Shown here: positions 38,054 to 51,427 of the stretch, one piece after another | Layout: each line of letters starts with the position of its first letter | Position numbering within the stretch: position 1 is the first letter of the stretch | Translations under genes and position numbers: made by a program | The notes under the pieces: model-generated | Told to the model about the DNA's origin: nothing | Database searches by the model: none | The model's input: the letters and a program-made list of their open reading frames with translations, nothing else | From: Thiobacillaceae bacterium | GTDB lineage: Bacteria > Pseudomonadota > Gammaproteobacteria > Burkholderiales > Thiobacillaceae | Length of the DNA: 52,579 bases | Direction of reading: 5' to 3' | NCBI GenBank assembly: GCA_041736375.1 | Contig: JBGSTQ010000423.1 | Span: 1 to 52,579 of the forward strand

Positions 38054-38380
38054 TCAACGAGAGGCCCGCTTCGGACCGGATGACCATGCGGCCTCCTGGA
38101 GCAACTCGCCCATCCGAGCGAGTTGCTCTCGCAAGAGATTGCGGTAGGTCTCCTCCTCGATGTAGCTGTCCGCGAGCATCGCCAATGTGACCAGGCATAT
38201 CTCATGCGCATGCACCGGATAGCGTGAGATAGCCGATTCGGCACGCTCCATGAGGTCTCCGGGGCTCAGCCCTGCGGCTCCCTGGTTACCCTGTATGGCC
38301 ATCGTTTCAGCGGCCACGGCCACGATGTAGGGCATGTCTTCGAATTGCGTGATGTATTCGTCTGGGTTTATCTTCTTCAC
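38054..38380 (-). CDS. Hypothetical protein (108 aa)
   Basis: Co-oriented in the T4CP operon; AGGAG RBS upstream. Confidence 0.6.
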   Translation of the reverse strand: MKKINPDEYITQFEDMPYIVAVAAETMAIQGNQGAAGLSPGDLMERAESAISRYPVHAHEICLVTLAMLADSYIEEETYRNLLREQLARMGELLQEAAWSSGPKRASR

Positions 38381-38418
38381 TTCTTTTACTCCTGATAATC
38401 GTGTGTAACGACAGCCCC

Positions 38419-40269
38419 CTATCCTTGGTGGGGCGTCTCACCGATGAGAAGACACAGGAACATGTCGCTCGCGCCGCGCACCCAGCGCGCGTCCGCAGCG
38501 ATTGGCAATTCGCAGCCGACCAGCACCTCCCAGCCTCCTGCCAGTGGGACGCAAGACTTGAGCGCTTCGACTGCGTAACAGGCCCACACGCCGTCCTTGT
38601 CAGTCCGTTCCTTGTACTGGGGAGGTGCGGAACTGGCCATCGCATCCTTTAACGCACGGACAGCCCCTTCGATGCCATCCACATCGAGAGGAATACCGTT
38701 GCCAGGGTGGCCTGCTTCGATGGGCGTCGCCGGCAATGACGATTCAGGCTTGCCCGATTTGTTGATGGCCCGGTGCTCACCGAAGCCACATCCCAGAACC
38801 TGCGGCTGGTACTTGCAGTCCGGCATCGCGGCGATGGCAGGAAACGCCTCCGCTTTGAAAATGAGGGTGAATACCCAGTTCTGGACGATTTTCCCGCCAG
38901 TTCCGTGCATCGCCATCTTGAATAACGCGCTCTTCTCGCTGTAATCACGGCCGCCGTGATGCTGGTACAACAACCCCATTCGCGAGAGCCGGGCCAGCAA
39001 CAACTTTGTGAAGGGCGACATCTGCCCTCTCCCCGCCTGCTCCGTCAGGCGAGGCGCGTTGAGCGCAGAGGCCAATGCCGTCCGGAGCACCGCGTCGTTC
39101 ACGTACACCCACTCGCCATGCTTGAACCCCACCCGCATGGCCTTGTTGTTCCCGTTGATGCGGCCAGGTTCCAGAAGCAATGCCTCGAACTGATCCCAGG
39201 CCCAGGCCTCGTTCTCGTCAGCTGGGGCTGAGTCCACCGGGGCCGCAGTGGCATCGGCCGGGTGATCAATTGGTATGACCTGGATGGGGATGGCTCGTAC
39301 CGGAAGCGGTTTTTCTACCTCGACCGTCTGGCTATCAAGCCAGGCTGGCAAAACTTCGATGTCCTCATACATGGCAGCCATATTCTTCTCGCCCTCGGCC
39401 ATGCCGGTACGGATGTCGGCGGTGATGAGCAACTCAGTCAGGGCGCGTGTTCTGTCGTCCGCCCACAACGGCAGGCTGTTGATGTGGTGGTAGAACGACA
39501 GGGCCAGGTTCAACGCGTCACGATCCCCCTTCGGGAGCGCCCAGAACTCATCCAGGGTGATCAGGATCTTGCCGCCCTCGGTATCGTGGTTGGGCCTGAC
39601 TTCTTCCACTAGCCCATCCAGGCGCAGCCGATAGCAGGTGATCTTGCCGATGTCGTGAGCCAGGCCGGCGATAGGGATCAAGGGATCGGTCGCATCGAAG
39701 CGGTAGGTGCCGTCGATGAGCGGGAAGACGTTCTGGCCTTTCTTGTTCTTGTGGCCGTCATAGTGCCAGGACGGCGCCATACCCAGGATTGTGGCCAGGA
39801 CATTCCGGGAATGCTGCATCAATGTCGCGCCGCCATGCCCCCCAGGCACAGGCGAGGCAGGCAGCTTGTCATGCACCTGGAATATCTCCATGACCGCGCG
39901 CAGCAGCGCCGCATGGGCGGGATGTGTGGCCTGGTAGGCGGTAAACCAGGTCGAGAACTGCTCGGGCAGGAATGGTTCGCTACATGGAGCCCTGGCCAGC
40001 GGGGGTGACCCACGCGGAAAAGCACCCAGCGAAATAGCCAGTCCACGTCGGCTGTCCCCGGATTTCAGGCGATGCTGTCTGTTGGCTCGGACAACAGCCA
40101 ACCATACGGCAAAGGCGAGCACACCCCAGAACAGCCCAACCAGTATGATCCCCAGCCCCTTGAAGGCGTAGAGGGGAATTTCATGGAGAAGGGCTCGCGA
40201 GGGAATGGCCAGCACCCCGTACCAGAACGCCGTGACGATCACGAATGACGAGAGCAGGGGATTTTTCAT
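38419..40269 (-). CDS. HD-domain protein resembling MOBH/TraI_2 relaxase, with N-terminal hydrophobic segments
   Basis: LPASP..GGHGG..L..H, LAHDIGKI, FYHH, LLITAD; ATGA overlap with the upstream gene; downstream of the T4CP. Confidence 0.65.
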   Translation of the reverse strand: MKNPLLSSFVIVTAFWYGVLAIPSRALLHEIPLYAFKGLGIILVGLFWGVLAFAVWLAVVRANRQHRLKSGDSRRGLAISLGAFPRGSPPLARAPCSEPFLPEQFSTWFTAYQATHPAHAALLRAVMEIFQVHDKLPASPVPGGHGGATLMQHSRNVLATILGMAPSWHYDGHKNKKGQNVFPLIDGTYRFDATDPLIPIAGLAHDIGKITCYRLRLDGLVEEVRPNHDTEGGKILITLDEFWALPKGDRDALNLALSFYHHINSLPLWADDRTRALTELLITADIRTGMAEGEKNMAAMYEDIEVLPAWLDSQTVEVEKPLPVRAIPIQVIPIDHPADATAAPVDSAPADENEAWAWDQFEALLLEPGRINGNNKAMRVGFKHGEWVYVNDAVLRTALASALNAPRLTEQAGRGQMSPFTKLLLARLSRMGLLYQHHGGRDYSEKSALFKMAMHGTGGKIVQNWVFTLIFKAEAFPAIAAMPDCKYQPQVLGCGFGEHRAINKSGKPESSLPATPIEAGHPGNGIPLDVDGIEGAVRALKDAMASSAPPQYKERTDKDGVWACYAVEALKSCVPLAGGWEVLVGCELPIAADARWVRGASDMFLCLLIGETPHQG

Positions 40270-40973
40270 GGGATCTGATCCGACCATTTGAAGCGCGCCC
40301 GCGAGGTCGGCGACAACATCGAGGGGTTGCGTCCTGTGAACCACCAGAAACCGCTCCAGAGTGCGACATAGCCCCGTTCTTCCAGGCGTTCCATCGCGGC
40401 CTGGGCACGAGGGCGCGCCACCTTGTGAATCAGGTGATCGAGCAGGATGTCGGCACGGATGCCTGGCCATAGCCACACCACCTTGGCTGCATCCAGTTCC
40501 TCGTCACTGAAGTGGTAGAGGATTTCACAGGCCAGCAACTCTGGGAGTGGAGTTGCCAGAAATGGCAACGGCTTCGGGAAAATAATCTGACGGATATAGA
40601 GCTGATACAGCGCGCGAACCAGGATGAGATGCGGCCTGGTACCCAAGGCGCGGCAACAGAGGGCGAAATCCAGCCCCAGTTTGTTCGGGGTACCGGGCAC
40701 GAAGACCCACTCGGCGGCCCTATCGCGCGCGGCCGGCTTGGTGTTGACGTTGCAGCAGAGGCGAACCTGATCGCGCAGGGAGGTGAAGGCTATGCGTTCT
40801 TCTTCCTCCATGTAGTCTTCTTCCGTGACTTCCGGCGTTTCCAGATAACGCGGTGCACCACCGTCCTCCAGGTTCGTGACCTCGACCACGTCTTCGTCGA
40901 CGATGTGCAACGCCGGATCACCAAACAGGCCGGACTCCACCAGATCCCAGAGAGCATCGTCGTCGCGTAACAC
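40266..40973 (-). CDS. Hypothetical protein (235 aa) between T4CP and relaxase-like gene
   Basis: Operonic spacing; winged-helix-like C terminus (AMERLEERGYV). Confidence 0.6.
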   Translation of the reverse strand: MLRDDDALWDLVESGLFGDPALHIVDEDVVEVTNLEDGGAPRYLETPEVTEEDYMEEEERIAFTSLRDQVRLCCNVNTKPAARDRAAEWVFVPGTPNKLGLDFALCCRALGTRPHLILVRALYQLYIRQIIFPKPLPFLATPLPELLACEILYHFSDEELDAAKVVWLWPGIRADILLDHLIHKVARPRAQAAMERLEERGYVALWSGFWWFTGRNPSMLSPTSRARFKWSDQIP

Positions 40974-40981
40974 GGGGTCTT

Positions 40982-42736
40982 TCAGCCCTTGCCGAGTTCC
41001 TGCCGGTCGGCACCAGTGAGGTACTGATCCGTGCGCCGGAACAGGTCGATGCCTGTGGCAAAGCGAGGCCGGTAATGGTTGAGCTTCACGGCCCCGATTT
41101 CGGCCGCCACCGACTCCGGCACACTGATCATCGGGACGCGCATGTGATAGACGCTGTTCCCCCCGAAGGTGACGATGGCTTCGCCTTTGTCCAATGCCTT
41201 CAGATCGTCCGTGGAAACTTTGTAGACCTCTTCCTCGCGCTCCTGGGTAGCCAGACCGCTTCCCTGACTTACGCCACCGTCAGGTGAAGCATTCGCACGA
41301 TTGGTCGAATCCGACTGGCTGCCCGTGAACGAAAGCGACCGGGTGACGGCCTTCTCCAGGCCGATGAGATCGGCCGCCGCTTCCGCCGTTTCCTGGGTAC
41401 CCAGCTTGAAATAGATTTTGGTCCAGGTGTTGCCGATCACCATCTCTTTCAGCTCCGGGCTCACCGACTCCAGGTTGGCCAGCGTCTGCACCGCCGGCAG
41501 CAGACAGATGTGCGCGCTACGCGCCTGCTCGAACATGCGGCTCCAGGAAGCATTCACATAGGAACCGGCCTCGTCGAAGAAACACAGGTAGGGTGGCCAG
41601 GGCTTTTCGGTTTCGGGGAGGCGCTGTACCCAAGAGATGGCTGTCCGCAAGTCGCCCACCACCATCTTCCCGAAGTTCTGCGCGGCCACGTCCTTGCCCA
41701 TCGTGGGCAGCATCACGTAGACGATCTTGTTGCGCTTAATCGCCTCGAACAGGTTCACCTCGGGGGTGTAGGTATTCATCACCTGGCCGAACTTGCCAGT
41801 TCCGAACATGAACATCCGCCCTCCTACCCCGCCGAAGGTCTCCTTGAGCCGCTTGATATCTATGCTGGACACCCCCTCCCTGCTGACGCTCCGGTACTGG
41901 TCGAGGAACAGCTTGAGGTTGGTTTTCTCTGGCGAAGGGGGAACACGGTTTTCCAGATAGGCCAGGGCTTTCTGGCTCATCAGCAGGATGGTCAGATCAA
42001 TGAAGTTGTAGGACAACTTCGCCCGGTTCAATGCGGCGATCAGCGTGGCCACGCCCTGGTTGGCGGATTGCTTGTAGTGGTCGGCGCCGGGGTTGTTCTC
42101 CGTGGAAGGAATGAGGGAAAGAATTCGCGCAGACACCTCGTCCGGGTCGCCGTAGAGGATGGGGTTGTAGGTGTTCGAGAGGTCCGGTTCGCCTGGGTTG
42201 ATGACGAGCAAGTCATGGGAACGACCGGCCCATGCGCAGTAGGCATGGATCGTCTCCAACTCCTCGATGTTGAGCTTGCCGTCGATGAAGATCAGCCCGC
42301 CACCGTTGATGATCTGCTGAAACATGAGCAGCCGGCCCAGCACGGTTTTACCGACTCCGGACTGCCCCACGATGAAGCCATGCCGCATCAGATCCTCGTA
42401 AGGGAGGATGAGCGGCTTGCCGGTGTCGGCGAGGTAGCCGACTAACAACCCTTCGGCATGCCCCCCCGCCAATGCCTCGTAGGGCAGATTGCCGGAACGT
42501 AGCTTGAGTTCCGAATTGAAGAGCCCATGCTCAGCCCACGGTTGCAGTGCTTTTGAAGCCAGCCAAAAGCCGCCCAGTGCCGCACCAGCGAAACCGCCCC
42601 AAATGGGAAGCCCGGGTGGCAGGTTTTCAGCCAGGTAGGGGTGGGTCGCGAACAGCCCCGCCGAAATGGCAGCCAGCGAGAGGGTATCCCGCGTGCCTCC
42701 CAAACGCATCCGCTGAACATTCTTGAATGAAAGCAT
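40982..42736 (-). CDS. traD: Type IV coupling protein (TraD/TraG/VirD4-like)
   Basis: N-terminal TM segments, HGFIVGQSGVGKT, IFIDGK, YNP, FFDEAG, QARSA...AVQT. Confidence 0.9.
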   Translation of the reverse strand: MLSFKNVQRMRLGGTRDTLSLAAISAGLFATHPYLAENLPPGLPIWGGFAGAALGGFWLASKALQPWAEHGLFNSELKLRSGNLPYEALAGGHAEGLLVGYLADTGKPLILPYEDLMRHGFIVGQSGVGKTVLGRLLMFQQIINGGGLIFIDGKLNIEELETIHAYCAWAGRSHDLLVINPGEPDLSNTYNPILYGDPDEVSARILSLIPSTENNPGADHYKQSANQGVATLIAALNRAKLSYNFIDLTILLMSQKALAYLENRVPPSPEKTNLKLFLDQYRSVSREGVSSIDIKRLKETFGGVGGRMFMFGTGKFGQVMNTYTPEVNLFEAIKRNKIVYVMLPTMGKDVAAQNFGKMVVGDLRTAISWVQRLPETEKPWPPYLCFFDEAGSYVNASWSRMFEQARSAHICLLPAVQTLANLESVSPELKEMVIGNTWTKIYFKLGTQETAEAAADLIGLEKAVTRSLSFTGSQSDSTNRANASPDGGVSQGSGLATQEREEEVYKVSTDDLKALDKGEAIVTFGGNSVYHMRVPMISVPESVAAEIGAVKLNHYRPRFATGIDLFRRTDQYLTGADRQELGKG

Positions 42737-42796
42737 TTTTTATATACCGTTGCATGTGCTTATAATTTACCACGGCAATCAAGATGTCAGGAAGGT

Positions 42797-43000
42797 TCAG
42801 GATGGCTTATGTGGATGGACTCCGATGATCACTTTGAACAACTGTGTCAACCACCCTGGCCCATAAGGCTTCGCTTGAGAAGTGAACGCCAGACAAGCGC
42901 GGGCTGGCTGGAGAAAGTGGTAGGGCAACGCCACTACTCTGCGCTGAGGTTCAGCGAATAATTCCCCAGTTCGCTGCTCTGGAAACTGGGGTGCAGACAC
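42797..43000 (-). CDS. Short hypothetical ORF, possibly a remnant, divergent from alpA
   Basis: 67-aa ORF filling the gap next to the excisionase; no recognisable motif. Confidence 0.3.
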   Translation of the reverse strand: MSAPQFPEQRTGELFAEPQRRVVALPYHFLQPARACLAFTSQAKPYGPGWLTQLFKVIIGVHPHKPS

Positions 43001-43133
43001 TTAACGGTTATGCACGAAATTGGCCATGAGGACGTGCAATCTTGCAACCTTCCCGAGATGAGATGCGCTCAAGGGCAAGTACACAAGGGGTCGAAGATGG
43101 ACGTGTTTGTGATGGCGTTTTGAAGGATAGATC

Positions 43134-43349
43134 ATGCAACTGATCAACAAGAAAACACTGCTGGGCATGATCCCGCTGTCGGAGAAGGCCATCTACAACA
43201 TGGAAAAACGCGGCGACTTTCCGCGCCGGATCGCGCTCACCAGCCGCAATGTTGCATGGGATTTGACTGACATCACGGCATGGATAGAAGCGCGAAAGGC
43301 ATCAGGCGAACAAGCGGCACGCCCTGGGCAAGTCGTCACCGTTTCTTGA
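43134..43349 (+). CDS. alpA: AlpA-family excisionase/regulator
   Basis: IPLSEKAIYNMEKRGDFPRRIALTSRNVAW...I.AWI; convergent with and overlapping the integrase. Confidence 0.9.
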   Translation: MQLINKKTLLGMIPLSEKAIYNMEKRGDFPRRIALTSRNVAWDLTDITAWIEARKASGEQAARPGQVVTVS

Positions 43350-44532
43350 AGACCCATCCGTCGATCATGTCAGCCCAATCCTGCAACATGGCCGTGCGTT
43401 GCTCGCGATATTCGGCCTTGTTGTAGACCGCCCTCACGCCTCTTTGCTCGTGGGCAAGGCACTTCTCAATCCAGTCTGTGTTATATCCAGCCTCGTGCAG
43501 CATTGTGCTGGCCGTGCGCCGAAGGTCATGCGGACCGAACTTGCCAAGCGGCTTCCCGTCCTTCTGCGCCAGCGTATAGACCATTTCCAGCACCCGGTTC
43601 AGGGTGGCATTGCTCATGGGCTGGTCGGCGTCATAGCGCGACGGCAGCACCCATATAGACCCACCAGCAAAGGTCTTGAGCGCAATGAATATATCGAGCA
43701 CCTGCCGTGACAGAAACACCAGATGCGGGTTCCGGCGCTTCATCCTCTCCTTTGGGATCGTCCATAGGGCTTCCGTGAAACTGATCTCGCTCCACTTTGC
43801 ATCGGTCAGTTCGCCCTTGCGCACCATCGTCAGCAGCAGCAGCTTGCATGCCACCTTGAACTGCGGGCCTGCCGACACTTTCTCCAGGTACTCGTACATC
43901 AGGCCGATCTCATCTGGCGACAGGGCACGCTCACGCGGCGCAAACCGGGCAATGGCCGTGGGGCGCACCAAGTCTGCCGGATTGTCGACGCGCTGGCCTC
44001 GCTCGTTCGCCCATCGGTAGATCTGCATCACCACTTCGCGGGTATGCACTGCCGTGGCCGGCGCCCCCCTGGCCACGATCTTGTCGGTCAGGTCGCGCAG
44101 ATCGTCATGGGTGATTTCAATCAGCAGCTTGTTGCCGAACGGGCCTTTCAACTCTCGGTCGTAGCAGGCGCGGCGCATGTCCCGTGTTGAATCGGCCATC
44201 TCGTACCCGCGCAGCCAGCCCTGCGCCCAGTCGTCGAAGGACTTGGCACCCTTGTCCCGGTTCTTGGCCCGCGCCTTCTCCCTGGCCGGCGACTTGCCAG
44301 CGGCGATCATCTTCTTGGCCTCGTCCAGACGCTCACGCGCCTCTGCTAGCGTGATGCCGCCCACGCCGTACTGACCGAACGTCACCGTCTCCTGCCTGCC
44401 ATTGAGCGTGTAGTTGTAGCGGAACGAGATGCCGCCCGCCTTGGTGACTGCCACATAGAGGCCGTCGCGGTCGGCAACCTTGTACATCTTGTCCTGCGCC
44501 TTCAGGTTGCGCAGCTTGGTATCGGAAAGCAT
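43336..44532 (-). CDS. int: P4-type tyrosine integrase with N-terminal arm-binding domain
   Basis: MLSDTKLR...DRDGLY, catalytic R (TMVRKGE), K (RMKRR), HDLRRT, LAH, Y (VYNKAEY). Confidence 0.95.
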   Translation of the reverse strand: MLSDTKLRNLKAQDKMYKVADRDGLYVAVTKAGGISFRYNYTLNGRQETVTFGQYGVGGITLAEARERLDEAKKMIAAGKSPAREKARAKNRDKGAKSFDDWAQGWLRGYEMADSTRDMRRACYDRELKGPFGNKLLIEITHDDLRDLTDKIVARGAPATAVHTREVVMQIYRWANERGQRVDNPADLVRPTAIARFAPRERALSPDEIGLMYEYLEKVSAGPQFKVACKLLLLTMVRKGELTDAKWSEISFTEALWTIPKERMKRRNPHLVFLSRQVLDIFIALKTFAGGSIWVLPSRYDADQPMSNATLNRVLEMVYTLAQKDGKPLGKFGPHDLRRTASTMLHEAGYNTDWIEKCLAHEQRGVRAVYNKAEYREQRTAMLQDWADMIDGWVFKKR

Positions 44533-44561
44533 GGCTCTCTCCTTTGTTTCGGTCGTTTGGT

Positions 44562-44781
44562 CATGGTATCGGCGAGGGCTGGCGGTACCATGATTTTTCA
44601 AACCATGAAATTCGCTACTAACCTACACCACACCTAGAGTTTCACGATTTCGATACCATGAATTCCCGCATCATCAATGAATGGTATCGGCCAGAATTTC
44701 CGGGCGCCTGAAAATAATACCACTGGAAATACCATTGAAAATAACTCCTTGCCGGTGCATCGTCGTGCAAGGTGATACCAG
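44562..44781. promoter_or_regulatory. Cluster of (A)TACCA(T) repeats: putative integrase arm-binding sites
   Basis: CATGGTATC ~44562, TACCATGA ~44587, GATACCATGA ~44652, ATGGTATC ~44681, AATACCAC and AATACCAT ~44716-44736, GATACCA ~44774. Confidence 0.6.
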
Positions 44782-44792
44782 ACGAAAACAAC

Positions 44793-44818
44793 AAAAAAGC
44801 CCGCAGTTACGCGGGCTT
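44793..44818 (-). terminator. Element-supplied terminator downstream of guaA
   Basis: Minus strand AAGCCCGCGTAACTGCGGGCTTTTTT. Confidence 0.75.
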
Positions 44819-44864
44819 ACGTAGTTTTTATACTGTTCAGTGCCGGATAGTACGAGACATCAAA

Positions 44865-46427
<1,563 letters not shown>

Positions 46428-46498
46428 GGCAATCGCGGGTTGGCGGTCAACGGTCGACAATCAGGCGGGAAACCGCCTGCTGCCAGCCGCGTACGGGG

Positions 46499-47965
<1,467 letters not shown>

Positions 47966-48129
47966 TCACGCGCAAAACCGCATTATACCGGGGCAACAGG
48001 CCTCCCCCAAGCTGTGGTGCTTATTTACCAAAAAAGACAAAAGCGGTTGACGGGGTGGGAAGCGAGCTTTAATTTTCGCTTGCCGCTTCTCAAGCGAGTG
48101 CAAATCCATCCATGGAGAGGAGATAGTTC

Positions 48130-48471
48130 ATGAATACCAAATTTACTTCTGTAGCCATTGCCGGTCTGTTTGCTGTTGTCCTGTACGGTTGCGGCGGCAC
48201 GCCCGCCACGACCGTCGACGCGGCCCCGGTTGCTGCCAAGGCTTCCATCAGCGCAGAAGCCCAGCAAGCCCTGACCCAGGCCGAAGCCGACGTGAAGATG
48301 GCCAAATCCAAATTCGCTCTGTGGACCACGACCGATTCGGCGTTGAAAGCCGCCAAGGAAGCCGCCAAGTCCGGTGATAGCGCTGCTGTAATCAAACAGG
48401 CCACCATGGCCTCCGACCTGGCCAAACTCGGCATTGGTCAACTGTCTTACCCCTCTACCGAACAGAAGTAA
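48130..48471 (+). CDS. Ala-rich lipoprotein
   Basis: Signal peptide with lipobox LYGC; GGAG RBS. Confidence 0.75.
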   Translation: MNTKFTSVAIAGLFAVVLYGCGGTPATTVDAAPVAAKASISAEAQQALTQAEADVKMAKSKFALWTTTDSALKAAKEAAKSGDSAAVIKQATMASDLAKLGIGQLSYPSTEQK

Positions 48472-48511
48472 GCGTTAGTCCGGGCGGCGTCAGCCGCCCA
48501 TCCGCGCCGGT

Positions 48512-48832
48512 TCAAGCTTCCGGCGCCTCCCCTCCCCCCTTCTTCATCACTTTCCCCTCCGCGGCACGCTGGCGGCGCACTTCTTTCGGGTCGGCGATCA
48601 GGGTGCGGTAGATCTCCACGCGGTCTTTGTCGCGCACAGCGGTATCGGCTTTTACCAGCTTGTTCCAGATGCCCAGCTTGTTCTTGGACAAATCGATCTC
48701 CGGGAACTCCACCAGCAGATTCGAACGCTCGATGGCCTGCTGCACCGTCGCCCCCTCGGGCAGGCTCACGGACACCAGCTTCTGCCGGTCTTTCAGGGCG
48801 TACACCACTTCTACTTGCATTTGAGCACTCAT
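48512..48832 (-). CDS. rnfH: RnfH/RatB ubiquitin-like protein
   Basis: VEVVYA, DRVEIYR.LIADPKEVRRQRA. Confidence 0.92.
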   Translation of the reverse strand: MSAQMQVEVVYALKDRQKLVSVSLPEGATVQQAIERSNLLVEFPEIDLSKNKLGIWNKLVKADTAVRDKDRVEIYRTLIADPKEVRRQRAAEGKVMKKGGGEAPEA

Positions 48833-49266
48833 CGCGCGCCGTATACCTTTTCCGCCCGATGGACGAAGGCGTCCACCAGACTGTTGGTCACCATGCCGAA
48901 AACAGGCCCCAGCACCTTCTCAAGCAGGCCGCTGGAAAACTCGTAGTGCAGCACAAACTCGATCTTGCAGGCCGCCTCCGCCAGGATCTTGAAACGCCAA
49001 TAGCCCTCCAGCTTGCGAAACGGGCCACTTTTTAAACGTATCTGCATCTCTTCCGGGGCGCGCTTGGCGTTTTCCGTGGTGAAGTGCTGTTTCACATTGA
49101 GGTAATGCAGGTGAATGGTGGCCTCGGTCACGTCCTCGTCTCGCCGGAGCAGTTCCGTACCACCGCACCAAGGCAGGAACAGGGGATAGTCCTCCACCCG
49201 GTCCACCAATTCGAACATCTCCGAGGCCGAATAAGGCACCAGAACGGATTTCACGACTTCGGCCAT
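48829..49266 (-). CDS. ratA: RatA/PasT (Coq10-like START domain) protein
   Basis: MFELVDRVEDYPLFLPWC, GPFRKLEGYWRF; synteny with smpB. Confidence 0.92.
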   Translation of the reverse strand: MAEVVKSVLVPYSASEMFELVDRVEDYPLFLPWCGGTELLRRDEDVTEATIHLHYLNVKQHFTTENAKRAPEEMQIRLKSGPFRKLEGYWRFKILAEAACKIEFVLHYEFSSGLLEKVLGPVFGMVTNSLVDAFVHRAEKVYGAR

Positions 49267-49344
49267 GGGGGCGATCTAAGGGTTATTGGTGGCAGGACTG
49301 TTAAAATATCATGAAACTCAAACCCCTTTAGCTGACCCGTTCCC

Positions 49345-49788
49345 ATGAGCATTGTCGATAACAAGAAGGCATTCCACGATTATTTCATCGAGGAACGCTA
49401 TGAGGCCGGCATCGTCCTGGAGGGCTGGGAGGTAAAAGCCATCCGGGCCGGTCGCGCCCAGATCAAGGAAGCCTATGTGGTGGTCAAGAAGGAAGAGGTC
49501 TGGCTGGTGGGCTGCCATATCAGCCCTTTGCCCACCGCTTCCACCCACATCCATCCCGACCCCATACGCAACCGCAAGCTACTGCTGCACGCCAAGGAGA
49601 TCAGCAAGTTGATCGGCAAGGTGCAACAAGCCGGCTTCACCCTGGTGCCCCTCAACCTGCATTACACCAAGGGCCGCATCAAACTCGAGATCGGTCTGGC
49701 CAAGGGCAAAAAACAGCACGACAAGCGGGAAAGCGAGAAACAGCGCGAGTGGCAACGCGACAAGGCGCGGATCATGCGGGATAAATAA
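49345..49788 (+). CDS. smpB: SsrA-binding protein
   Basis: [34 protein letters not shown]. Confidence 0.98.
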   Translation: MSIVDNKKAFHDYFIEERYEAGIVLEGWEVKAIRAGRAQIKEAYVVVKKEEVWLVGCHISPLPTASTHIHPDPIRNRKLLLHAKEISKLIGKVQQAGFTLVPLNLHYTKGRIKLEIGLAKGKKQHDKRESEKQREWQRDKARIMRDK

Positions 49789-49791
49789 CCC

Positions 49792-50874
49792 ATGACGTGT
49801 CCTGAACCCGCCTATGTCACCCGCCGCAAGGAAGGCATTGCCGGCGTGGAAGAGTTATCGGCCTTCGATGCGATCATCGATGCCCGCTCCCCGGGCGAGT
49901 TCGCCGAGGATCACCTGCCGGGCGCCATCAACCTGCCGGTGCTAGACAATGACGAGCGCGCCCGGGTCGGTACCCTGCACAAGCAGGCCAGTGCCTTCGA
50001 GGCCAAGAAGATCGGTGCCGCCCTGGTTTCCCGCAATATCGCCCGGCACCTGGAAACCCATTTCGCTGACAAGCCCAGAAACTACCGCCCCTTGATCTAT
50101 TGCTGGCGCGGCGGCAGCCGCAGCGGTGCCTTCACCACCGTGCTCCGCTCCGTAGGCTGGAACGCCATGCAATTGGAAGGCGGTTACAAGGCCTACCGAC
50201 GCCATGTCATCGCCGAACTGGAGCGACTGCCCGGGCAATTCCGTTTCAGGGTGGTGTGCGGCCCCACTGGCGTTGGCAAGAGCCGATTCCTGCGCGCCCT
50301 GGAACAATGCGGCGCTCAGGTGCTGGATCTGGAGGACTTGGCCGCCCATATGGGCTCGGTGCTGGGCGCCTATCCCGACCGTCCTCAGCCTTCCCAGAAA
50401 CTGTTCGAGACCCGGGTCTGGGAGCGCATGCGCCGCTTTACTCCGGAACGTCCCGTGTTTGTCGAATCCGAAAGCAAGAAGATCGGCTCGCTTCAGACCC
50501 CGGAGGTGCTTATCACCCGGATGCGTGAAGCGGAATGCCTCAATCTCAACGCCGAGATTCCGGTCCGGGTGGCCCTGCTGCAAGAAGAATATGCCCATTT
50601 TCTCGGCAGCCCCCAAACCCTGGACAAAAAACTGGCCCTGCTCACCGAGCTTCTCGGCCGGGAACGCATCGAGCACTGGAAAGAACTTTCCGCGAGCGGG
50701 CGTTGGGAAGAGCTGGTGGCACAACTCCTGATCCACCATTACGACCCGGCCTACGCCCGCTCCCTGGGGCGTAATTACCTGAGCGCATCCGCGGCTCCGA
50801 CACTCACGGTGACCTCCCACCACAGCGAGGCCTTCCTGACCTTGGCGCACCAAGCCATCGCATCCCTTGCTTGA
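49792..50874 (+). CDS. mnmH: tRNA 2-selenouridine synthase
   Basis: Rhodanese DARSPGEF, YCWRGGSRS; P-loop GPTGVGKS; ESESKKIG; HYDPAY. Confidence 0.93.
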   Translation: MTCPEPAYVTRRKEGIAGVEELSAFDAIIDARSPGEFAEDHLPGAINLPVLDNDERARVGTLHKQASAFEAKKIGAALVSRNIARHLETHFADKPRNYRPLIYCWRGGSRSGAFTTVLRSVGWNAMQLEGGYKAYRRHVIAELERLPGQFRFRVVCGPTGVGKSRFLRALEQCGAQVLDLEDLAAHMGSVLGAYPDRPQPSQKLFETRVWERMRRFTPERPVFVESESKKIGSLQTPEVLITRMREAECLNLNAEIPVRVALLQEEYAHFLGSPQTLDKKLALLTELLGRERIEHWKELSASGRWEELVAQLLIHHYDPAYARSLGRNYLSASAAPTLTVTSHHSEAFLTLAHQAIASLA

Positions 50875-50992
50875 TCTCCCACTCCCCACTGCTAGTCTGG
50901 AAGTGTCACCACGCTGTAATCCGGATGCCATGTCCGACTTCAAACAGCTACCTGAATCCGATCAACAAGTTGTCTCAGATAGGGGGATTAAT

Positions 50993-51427
50993 ATGACTAT
51001 TACTTGGATCATGGTCGCCAATGCAAGTCAGGCCAAGTTGTTCGCCAATCACGGTCCCAAGCGCGGTCTTGAGCTCCTCAAGGAACTGGAGCACCCGCAA
51101 AGCCGCGAGAAGACCTCCAACCTGGTGAGCGACAGATCAGGATCCCATACGGGGACGGGGCATGGATCGTTTGTCCAGGCCACGGATCCCAAGCACCACG
51201 AGGCGGAGCGTTTTGCTCAGGAAGTTTCCCGGGAACTGGAGCATGGTCACTTGAAGAACGCTTACGACCGGCTCATCCTCGTGGCCTCGGCCCCGTTCAT
51301 CGGGCTGATCAACAGCTGCCTACCGGGACAGGTGAGGAGCAAGCTATCGGAAAGCATCGACAAGGACTACACCCGACTGCCTGTGAAGGATCTGGCGGGA
51401 CAATTGGAGCAGTACGTTTACCTATAG
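50993..51427 (+). CDS. Host-attachment (AtsE/baeRF-like) family protein
   Basis: TWIMVANASQAKLF, LVSDRSG, FA, LILVASAPFIG, KDYT. Confidence 0.8.
   Translation: MTITWIMVANASQAKLFANHGPKRGLELLKELEHPQSREKTSNLVSDRSGSHTGTGHGSFVQATDPKHHEAERFAQEVSRELEHGHLKNAYDRLILVASAPFIGLINSCLPGQVRSKLSESIDKDYTRLPVKDLAGQLEQYVYL

Noticed and set aside
49345-49800. tmRNA (ssrA) next to smpB
   Set aside because: mnmH starts 3 bp after smpB and no ssrA termini are visible.
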